DNA from: Patescibacteria group bacterium
GTDB lineage: Bacteria > Patescibacteriota > Minisyncoccia > UBA6257 > 2-01-FULL-56-20
DNA: 52,106 nt
Reading direction: 5' to 3'
Assembly (NCBI GenBank): GCA_038063055.1
Contig: JBBTVY010000001.1
Span: 1 to 52,106 of the forward strand
A model generated the notes under the pieces. The model ran no database searches. It had not been told where the DNA came from and worked only from the letters and a program-made list of their open reading frames with translations. The translations under genes and the position numbers were made by a program. Positions 45,292 to 52,106 of the stretch are shown here, piece after piece (the first letter of the stretch is position 1; every line of letters begins with the position of its first letter).

Positions 45292-46233
45292 TCAAATTTT
45301 CCTGGTTATTAAAATGTCTCCGCCGTTCCCTTTTTCCACATTGTACTTTTCGGCGAGCTCGGCTGGTTTCATTGGCACGAGCTTTTTTGCGTCTTCGTCT
45401 ATGTCGAATATTTGGAGTCCCAAACCGGCGAAGACGTCCAGATAGCCGCGCGGGCTTGAGCCGGTTGCCGCTACGAGTATCGGGCTGAATTTTGAAAATA
45501 TTTTAATGTCCCGGTTTGCTCTGATTAAATCAAGCATGCCGGCCTGGGCAAGCGCTTCAGCGCCGTTAATTTCTATCTTAATCACATCAACTTTTTTGCC
45601 CTTAAAATAATCGTCCAATTTTATCATTTCAATTTCCGTCTTTTCGGAAAATCCAGTGGTGTCTTTTCCTTTTATATACGGCAAAGCAAGCCTTTCCGGA
45701 TCGCTATCCGGATCAAAAAAGGAACTCCTCCCCCACTGCCCTTTGCCGCGGATAAAGAATGAATGGCTTCCGGCGCGGTCGGAGGCGGCTTTTGGAACAA
45801 CGATTATATTGTTCGCATTGTTCGTTTTTATGTTTTTTTCCAGCAACTCAAGATTTCTTGGATCCGGCTCAAAGGCGTAAACTTTTCCGGCCGTTCCCAC
45901 TTTCCTTGAAGCCAGAAGCGTAAACCATCCGATTGACGCGCCTATATCCACAAATATATTTCCTTCTTTCACCGACGATTCTATAAGATCTGTTTCAAAA
46001 GGCCTCGTTCCTCCGAAAGTTGATACAAGCGAGCCGAACGGGTCCAGATAAATCCTAATGCCTCTCCAAACGGTGTGTTCCGGAGTTTTTCCCCTGAGAA
46101 ATTCCTCGATGGCGAAATTTAAATTTTTAAGAAACGGGAGGCGGGATAATCCCCGCCCGCCGAATACGCGCTTTTTTAAAAAGAGATAAATGGAAATTAG
46201 AAAACTTTTAAGTCCCGCCCTGTTGTTGTCCAT
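45292..46233 (-). CDS. FkbM-family methyltransferase
   Basis: FVDIGASIG, YAFEPDP, KLDDYF, IKIEINGAE. Confidence 0.88.
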   Translation of the reverse strand: MDNNRAGLKSFLISIYLFLKKRVFGGRGLSRLPFLKNLNFAIEEFLRGKTPEHTVWRGIRIYLDPFGSLVSTFGGTRPFETDLIESSVKEGNIFVDIGASIGWFTLLASRKVGTAGKVYAFEPDPRNLELLEKNIKTNNANNIIVVPKAASDRAGSHSFFIRGKGQWGRSSFFDPDSDPERLALPYIKGKDTTGFSEKTEIEMIKLDDYFKGKKVDVIKIEINGAEALAQAGMLDLIRANRDIKIFSKFSPILVAATGSSPRGYLDVFAGLGLQIFDIDEDAKKLVPMKPAELAEKYNVEKGNGGDILITRKI

Positions 46234-46316
46234 GGAATTTACTAAGTTATCATTACGAAGTTAAAAGGTTAATTGGCTTTCTTTAAGCGAAAGACCTGTG
46301 CTATCATATCAATATT

Positions 46317-47402
46317 ATGCGTAGAATACCACTTTGCGAGCCGGACATAAAAGCGCTTGATATCCAATATGTCACTAGGGCAATAAAAAACCGGGAAATA
46401 TCTTCGGGCGCCAGCTGGGTAAAAAATTTCGAAAAATCCTTCGCTGGCAAGTTCGGCATGAAATACGCTTCGGCGGTCAACTCGGGCGGCTCGGCTCTTT
46501 TTTTGGCGCTAAAAGCAATCGGGATAAAAAACGGCGACGAAGTTATTGTTCCGACATTTACCATGTTCGCGACCGCTACTGTTATAACCAATTGCGGAGC
46601 CAAGCCGGTTTTTGTCGACTGCGTGAAAAACAATCCCAATATAGACCCGAAAAAATTGGGGAGTAAGATAACCAAACGCACCAAAGCGATATTGATAGCC
46701 CATCTTTACGGGATACCGTGCGAGATGAAAGAGATAATGAAAATTGCCGACAAGCGCAGAATTCCGGTCATAGAAGACGTCGCCGAAGCTCATGGAGCCA
46801 GAATCAACGGCAAGCTGTGCGGAACATTCGGCAAGGCCAGTTGTTTCTCTTTCTACGCCAGCAAAACCATGACTTCAGGCGAAGGAGGCATAGTTATGAC
46901 AAATGATCCGAAAATAAACGAGATGGTAAACCGGCTCAAGCAATACGACATAAATCCGAAGAAACCTTACGTCCACGAAATTGTTTCCTGGAATATGAAA
47001 ATGTCGGGCATGGAAGCGGCGCTCGGCCTTGCCCAGCTTGAACGTCTTAATGAACTGATTAAAAAGAGAAATAAGGTAGCCCGGAATTACAGAAAATCCC
47101 TAAATGCAATAAATGGCATAGAATTTTTTTCTGTTCCAAAAACAGCGAAAATTTCCAACTGGCTTTACACTATCTTGGCTAAAAACAGGGACGGGTTAAC
47201 CAAATTTCTTTCGGAAAACGGAATTGAAACAAAAAGAGTGTTTGTTCCAATGCATAAATTGAAGCCCTATCTTCAAAAAGGAGATTATAAAAACGCAGAG
47301 GATTTGTCGGAACGCGGCATTTCTTTGCCGTCTTCAACTCTTCTTAAAGAAAAAGGCCAGAATTACGTGGTCTTCAAGATAAAAGAATTTTACGGCGTTT
47401 AA
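46317..47402 (+). CDS. DegT/DnrJ/EryC1/StrS PLP aminotransferase (perosamine-synthase-like)
   Basis: AHLYG, EDVAEAHG, SFYASKTMTSGEGG with the catalytic Lys. Confidence 0.9.
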   Translation: MRRIPLCEPDIKALDIQYVTRAIKNREISSGASWVKNFEKSFAGKFGMKYASAVNSGGSALFLALKAIGIKNGDEVIVPTFTMFATATVITNCGAKPVFVDCVKNNPNIDPKKLGSKITKRTKAILIAHLYGIPCEMKEIMKIADKRRIPVIEDVAEAHGARINGKLCGTFGKASCFSFYASKTMTSGEGGIVMTNDPKINEMVNRLKQYDINPKKPYVHEIVSWNMKMSGMEAALGLAQLERLNELIKKRNKVARNYRKSLNAINGIEFFSVPKTAKISNWLYTILAKNRDGLTKFLSENGIETKRVFVPMHKLKPYLQKGDYKNAEDLSERGISLPSSTLLKEKGQNYVVFKIKEFYGV

Positions 47403-47403
47403 T

Positions 47404-47874
47404 TTATTTGAACCCCGCTTCTTTCAGGAATCTTTTTACGTACGGGTGCCACGATGGCTCTATTTTTGAGAACCATTTTGCTTCCGAATTTTGGCTGTCC
47501 AAATTAAATTTTTTATTTCCGGAAATGTTCATTTTGAAAACAAATGCTATGTTGTGCGCGGTCGCTCCGGGAAAATAGCCAGGGGAATGAAACAGCTCGT
47601 CAAACACGAGAAATTTTGCCGTTTTTCCCCTAAGGCCGGTTTCCTGCTTAAGAACCCTGAAAGCAGCATCCTTCAGCAATTCGTTTTTTAAAATGCGCCC
47701 CCCTGGAATCCACCATTTGTTTTTTTCGGGCTGGTTGGTCCTTTTGGCCAGCAGAAATTTTTTGCCGTTGGTTATGACAACGTCAACGCAAACAATCGGA
47801 AAAACTCGGCGGATTTCCCGGTAAATTTTATCTGGGATTTTTTTACGTTTACGAATGACTTTGTAAGTTCCCAT
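47404..47874 (-). CDS. Nudix hydrolase, GDP-mannose mannosyl hydrolase-like
   Basis: PIVCVD, WWIPGGRILKNE..AFRVLKQETG, HPYVK. Follows fcl. Confidence 0.82.
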   Translation of the reverse strand: MGTYKVIRKRKKIPDKIYREIRRVFPIVCVDVVITNGKKFLLAKRTNQPEKNKWWIPGGRILKNELLKDAAFRVLKQETGLRGKTAKFLVFDELFHSPGYFPGATAHNIAFVFKMNISGNKKFNLDSQNSEAKWFSKIEPSWHPYVKRFLKEAGFK

Positions 47875-48802
47875 AGTTCGCGTTATACCAGTCAATCGTG
47901 TTTTTAAGGCCGGTTTCAAAATCGGTCATAGATTTGAATCCGAATTCTTTTTCTGCTCGAGTGACATCCAGGCCGCGGCGCGGCTGGCCGTCGGGCTTGG
48001 TGGAATCCCAGCGTAGCTCTCCCGTGAAACCGGCGAGTTTTTTTATTGTTTCGGCAAGGTCTTTTATGAATATTTCCTTTCCTGAACCGATATTTATCGG
48101 TTCCGGCTTGTCGTAATTTTCGGCGGCAAGAACAATGCCTTCGGCCGCGTCTTCAACATAAAGGAAATCTCTGGAGGCGCTTCCCGTGCCCCAAACCTCC
48201 ACATACGGCTTATTTTCCCTGACAGCGTCGCAGAATTTCTTGACCAGCGCCGCTATGACGTGCGAATTGGCGGTGTCAAAACTGTCGCCCGGGCCGTAGA
48301 GATTTATCATCAGAAGGTGCACGCCGTTGAAGCCGTACTGCTGGCGATAGGCCTGCGTGCCGACTAGCATCATCTTTTTAGCAAGGCCGTAAGGCGCGTT
48401 TGTTTCTTCCGGATATCCGTTCCAAAGGTCGTCTTCCTTGAAAGGAACCGGTGAGAATTTGGGATACTCGCAAACCGTGCCCACACCCACGAATTTTTTG
48501 ACTCCGGCGCGGTACGAAGAATCGATAAGATTCAAAGCCATTGCAGCGTTGTCGTAAAAGGCCTCCGCTGGATGCTCTTTATTGAAACCGATTCCGCCGA
48601 CAGTTCCGGCGACATGGATGACAACATCAATTCCATTGGTCAACCGGTCGCAAACCTCGCGGTCGCGTAGGTCGCTTGTTTCTTTGTTTGGAGCGGCTAT
48701 GTTCGTCTCCAGAACTCCGCGAGTAACGAGTTTTTTATAAACTTGTTTTCCGAGAAACCCGGCCGCGCCGGTCAATAAAATTTTTTTGTCCTTGAGGTCC
48801 AT
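47849..48802 (-). CDS. fcl: GDP-L-fucose synthase (or GDP-colitose synthase)
   Basis: VGGIG.N, CEYPK, PEETNAPYGLAK, NLYGPGD, WGTGSASRDFLY, KPDGQPR. Confidence 0.9.
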   Translation of the reverse strand: MDLKDKKILLTGAAGFLGKQVYKKLVTRGVLETNIAAPNKETSDLRDREVCDRLTNGIDVVIHVAGTVGGIGFNKEHPAEAFYDNAAMALNLIDSSYRAGVKKFVGVGTVCEYPKFSPVPFKEDDLWNGYPEETNAPYGLAKKMMLVGTQAYRQQYGFNGVHLLMINLYGPGDSFDTANSHVIAALVKKFCDAVRENKPYVEVWGTGSASRDFLYVEDAAEGIVLAAENYDKPEPINIGSGKEIFIKDLAETIKKLAGFTGELRWDSTKPDGQPRRGLDVTRAEKEFGFKSMTDFETGLKNTIDWYNANYGNLQSHS

Positions 48803-49978
48803 TTATATTGAAGTAAAAACTTTTATTATTTTTTGTATTTCCCGTGCGGTCAGTTCGGGATTATTTCCGAAATAAATCCCCTGTTCGTGAATGATGTCTG
48901 CCACGGGAAGCCAAACTTTCTTTTGGGAATATTTGCGGAAGAACGGCTGCTTAAGTATATCGCCTCCGACTATCGGCCTGACTTCTATTGAATTTTTGCA
49001 CTTTTCCACGAGTTTGTCCCTTATCTTTTTGGAACGGCAGACGACCGGCACGGCGAAATTGGAAACAAAATCCATATGCCCGAAGCGGAGAGGATAATAA
49101 AGGTCGGCGCGCTTGTAAATCGCCTTACTGATTTTTTTGAAGTTTTCGCTTCTCTTTCTGATTATCTCCGGCAGAAATTTTAGCTGGAGTTTTCCCAAAA
49201 ATCCCTGCATCTCGGTCGGCCGCAAATTATAGCCGAGGTCATAAAAAGTGTACTGGGCATAAAAATCGGATGTCTTTTTGAACCGCCCGCGGATGTTTTT
49301 CTTTTCTTCCGGCTTGAGATTCCTGTCCCAGCCGTGCGCCCTGACTATTCCGAGCATCTGGGCAAGTTCTTTGTCGTCGGTGCAGACGGCGCCGCCTTCG
49401 ATGGTTGACATATGGTGACCGACATAGAAAGAAAACGTACTGGCTAAACCGAAATTACCGAGCTTTTTTCCTTTATAGACACTGCCGAGTGCCTCGCAGT
49501 TGTCTTCGAGCAGTATTATTTTTTTTCTCCGGCAAAGTTTCGCAATCTCGCCTATGTCGCTCGAAAATCCGAGAAGGTTTGTTATAAAAAAAGACGTTAA
49601 TTTTTCCTTTTTAATAACTTCACCGAGTGTTCTCGTTGAAACGTTAAGAGTTTCCAGTTCTACATCCACCGGCACCGGAATCAGACCTAACTGAATCAGC
49701 GGCATGACGTTCGTTGACCAGGTAACGGCCGAGAATCCAACTTTGTCTCCCTTTTTTATTCTTCCCAAATTCAAAAGCGATTGAATTATGGCAAGGTTCG
49801 CTGAACTTCCGCTGTTGAAAAAAAGGCATCTTTTTCTTCCCTGATAGCGCGAGAAAGAATTTTCAAAGCTCTGGCATTCAGAGCTGAAGCTGAGCCGTTT
49901 GGCTTTTTTGACGAATTTAGCCAGTTTGTCTTTCGTTTCCTTCTCGCGGTAGAAAGTTGATTTGATGAGTTTTATCAT
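48803..49978 (-). CDS. DegT-family GDP-4-keto-6-deoxymannose 3-dehydratase (ColD-like)
   Basis: NSGSSANL, LLEDNCEALG, SFYVGHHMSTIEGG with His in place of Lys, RAHGW, GYNLRP. Sits between gmd and fcl. Confidence 0.8.
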   Translation of the reverse strand: MIKLIKSTFYREKETKDKLAKFVKKAKRLSFSSECQSFENSFSRYQGRKRCLFFNSGSSANLAIIQSLLNLGRIKKGDKVGFSAVTWSTNVMPLIQLGLIPVPVDVELETLNVSTRTLGEVIKKEKLTSFFITNLLGFSSDIGEIAKLCRRKKIILLEDNCEALGSVYKGKKLGNFGLASTFSFYVGHHMSTIEGGAVCTDDKELAQMLGIVRAHGWDRNLKPEEKKNIRGRFKKTSDFYAQYTFYDLGYNLRPTEMQGFLGKLQLKFLPEIIRKRSENFKKISKAIYKRADLYYPLRFGHMDFVSNFAVPVVCRSKKIRDKLVEKCKNSIEVRPIVGGDILKQPFFRKYSQKKVWLPVADIIHEQGIYFGNNPELTAREIQKIIKVFTSI

Positions 49979-49994
49979 GCACGAAACATTCCGT

Positions 49995-51020
49995 CTATTT
50001 TAGGGGTGGATTCAGACCGTGATGCTTCAATTCGGAGTCCATCATCATTTTTATCAGTTCTTCAAATTTTACTTTTGGTTCCCAGCCAAGAACTTTTTTG
50101 GCCTTGCTGGCGTCGGCCACCAGATTTTCCACCTCCGTCGGACGGAAGTAACGTGGGTCTATGCCAACATATCCTTCCCAGTCGTTTATTCCGACATAAC
50201 GGAAAGCGGTATCCAATAAATCCCTTACTGAATGGCTTTCTCCGGTGCCGATGACGTAATCGTCCGGCTTCGGCTGCTGCATCATCAGCCAGGCGGCTTC
50301 CATGTATTCAGGGGCGTATCCCCAGTCGCGGCGGGCATCCAGATTCCCCAAATAAATTTTCTTATCGAGTCCCGCAAGAATTCTGGCGACCGCGCGCGTT
50401 ATTTTGCGTGTCACGAAAGTTTCTCCCCTCCTCGGACTTTCATGGTTAAAAAGAATGCCGTTAACGCCGAAGATTCCGTAGGCTTCGCGGTAATTTTTGG
50501 TGCTGTAAAAACCGAATACTTTAGCCACGCCGTACGGGCTCTTCGGCTGGAATTGCGTCAATTCGTTTTGCGGGGCCGGCGCCGCGCCGAACATTTCGCT
50601 GGAACTTGCCTGATAGAATTTTACTTTTTTATCTGTCTGCTCTTCATAATCTTTTATGGCTTCAAGCATCCTTAGGGTTCCGAGGCCGGTTATATTCGCC
50701 GTATATTCCGGTATGTCAAAACTTACCCTTACGTGCGACTGCGCCCCGAGATTATAAATTTCGTCCGGCTGAATTTTATAAATGAGTTTGCGGATTGTGT
50801 TAGCGTCCGCCAAATCGCCGTAGTGCAAAATCAGCCGCAAATTTTTTTCGTGAGGATCCTGAAAGATATGTTCTATGCGACCCGTGTTGAAAGTCGACGC
50901 CCGACGGATCACTCCATGAACCTCATAATCCTTATTCAAAAGAATTTCCGCGAGATAGCTGCCATCCTGCCCGGTAATCCCGGTTATCAGCGCTACTTTT
51001 CTTTTTTTGTCGTCAGCCAT
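49995..51020 (-). CDS. gmd: GDP-mannose 4,6-dehydratase
   Basis: [46 protein letters not shown]. Confidence 0.97.
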   Translation of the reverse strand: MADDKKRKVALITGITGQDGSYLAEILLNKDYEVHGVIRRASTFNTGRIEHIFQDPHEKNLRLILHYGDLADANTIRKLIYKIQPDEIYNLGAQSHVRVSFDIPEYTANITGLGTLRMLEAIKDYEEQTDKKVKFYQASSSEMFGAAPAPQNELTQFQPKSPYGVAKVFGFYSTKNYREAYGIFGVNGILFNHESPRRGETFVTRKITRAVARILAGLDKKIYLGNLDARRDWGYAPEYMEAAWLMMQQPKPDDYVIGTGESHSVRDLLDTAFRYVGINDWEGYVGIDPRYFRPTEVENLVADASKAKKVLGWEPKVKFEELIKMMMDSELKHHGLNPPLK

Positions 51021-51653
51021 TTATTTATTGTTTGAAACCTGAGGCGCCGCTTTGAGAGTATCTTCAATCAATTGTTTCGTGCGTAAATCGTCTGGCCACT
51101 GGCTCAAAGCCTGGTCGGCCACAACCTTAAACGCTTCAATGTCCCCCTTCAACCTGTAAACATCCATAAGTCCGTAAAGGCTCTGCGGGCGTTTCGGCCC
51201 AAGGGTTTGTTCCTGTTTAAAGTATTTCTCGGCTGCCTGCAAATATTTCGGGTCGCCAGTTTTGACGAAAGCGAATTCACTCATCATCCCGAGGATATAA
51301 ATGTCCTGCGCGAAACTCATGCCCCTTCCCCTTTCAAGTATGGGTTTATAATATCTTTCCACGTAATTCACCAATTCGTCCACGCCTTTCGGGTCAGAAA
51401 TGTTCTGCAGGCTATTGGCGATTGTATTAGCCATACTCCTCACCAATTCCCCCTGGCCTATCGGCGAAGGATAATCAAGGGGCACCGAAAATCCTTTTTC
51501 AAAATCTTCTATTGTCTTAACTTTTCCCGAAAGCTGCATCGTATCTATGAAAAGCTTGGATTTCTGCATAGGCAAATACGAGCCGTAATAAGCCACCAAA
51601 ACTATGAAGATGGTCGCCGAAACGGCTATTACTTTTTTAATTTCTTGATTCAT
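51021..51653 (-). CDS. Membrane-anchored helical/TPR-like hypothetical protein
   Basis: N-terminal TM, AEKYFK..LGPKRPQ TPR-like helices. ATGA overlap with the upstream ligase-like gene. Confidence 0.6.
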   Translation of the reverse strand: MNQEIKKVIAVSATIFIVLVAYYGSYLPMQKSKLFIDTMQLSGKVKTIEDFEKGFSVPLDYPSPIGQGELVRSMANTIANSLQNISDPKGVDELVNYVERYYKPILERGRGMSFAQDIYILGMMSEFAFVKTGDPKYLQAAEKYFKQEQTLGPKRPQSLYGLMDVYRLKGDIEAFKVVADQALSQWPDDLRTKQLIEDTLKAAPQVSNNK

Positions 51654-52105
51654 GTTCCTTTTAATTCATGCTCCGAAGAAGAAGAATAGTAAAACTTGTA
51701 GCAGGCGAAAGCCATAAACAAAAACAGGTTTATGTAAATCGGTAAAACATTGAAAAGCGCCAGGCCCTGAATAAGGTAACTAACCGGCAACGAGGCCATG
51801 AGCGCCTTTAGAAGCGGATTTTCGTTCTTAAATCTCCTGAAAAATTCCCAAAAAAACACGCCAAATATTGCTATATGAGCCGTGAAACCGACAATTCCTG
51901 TTTCGACCAGATAATCTATAAAAACGCTGTGCGCGTAATCAAACCATGTTTCAGAATTTTTTCCGGGAATGTAGTGGCGGGGGTCGAAATATTTGTCGAA
52001 AACCGCGGAGAAATTTTCCGGCCCCCATCCAAACGCCGGCCTCTCCAAAAAACCCTGCCAAGCCGAATTCCACGTCCAGAGCCTTGTCTGGAAGGTCCGG
52101 TCGGA
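51650..52105 (-). CDS. O-antigen ligase-family protein (5' part beyond the window)
   Basis: Frame open to the window edge: TRLWTW..AWQGFLERPAFGWGPENF, FDYAHS..DYLVETGIVG. Confidence 0.85.
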   Translation of the reverse strand, partial: SDRTFQTRLWTWNSAWQGFLERPAFGWGPENFSAVFDKYFDPRHYIPGKNSETWFDYAHSVFIDYLVETGIVGFTAHIAIFGVFFWEFFRRFKNENPLLKALMASLPVSYLIQGLALFNVLPIYINLFLFMAFACYKFYYSSSSEHELKGT

Positions 52106-52106
52106 T

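Noticed and set aside
51637-51680. Frameshift splitting a ligase-TPR fusion via the imperfect 16-bp tandem repeat GGAGCATGAATTAAAA/GGAACATGAATCAAGA
   Set aside because: Removing one unit still gives a stop (SEHESRN*) and leaves the second ORF in another frame. The ATGA overlap fits two coupled genes.

Overview
A 52-kb bacterial window using standard code 11. Gene content, sparse Shine-Dalgarno sites and repeat style suggest Patescibacteria/Parcubacteria (CPR); this is inference only. Most of it is a large mosaic surface-glycan locus. It encodes GDP-heptose synthesis (gmhA, hddA, hddC, gmhB), GDP-fucose/colitose/perosamine-type synthesis (gmd, fcl, ColD-like, PLP aminotransferase, gmm-like Nudix), and a sugar C-methyltransferase with a cupin. 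It also has cysD/cysN next to a Thr-type sulfatase-like protein, about 14 glycosyltransferases (GT2, GT4, GT10, GT11, CgeB-like, DPM1-like, GT-C), two flippases and two O-antigen-ligase-like proteins. At the left end are a possible lipid-remodelling module and a 6S-like RNA. The most unusual signal is a set of small palindromic or repeat elements inserted in frame into these enzymes, with no classical transposase in the window. (i) A 24-nt element with covarying arms occurs three times in one GT2, once nested inside another copy. (ii) A four-helix-bundle gene is bracketed by inverted heptamer arrays, and an 'empty' copy of the arrays is translated inside the neighbouring GT. (iii) A CCCGTTAGAA...TTCTAACGGG inverted-repeat family with ATRAA direct repeats sits at two start codons and inside CysN. 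(iv) A minimal GIY-YIG nuclease has 19-bp terminal inverted repeats that overlap its own start and stop codons.
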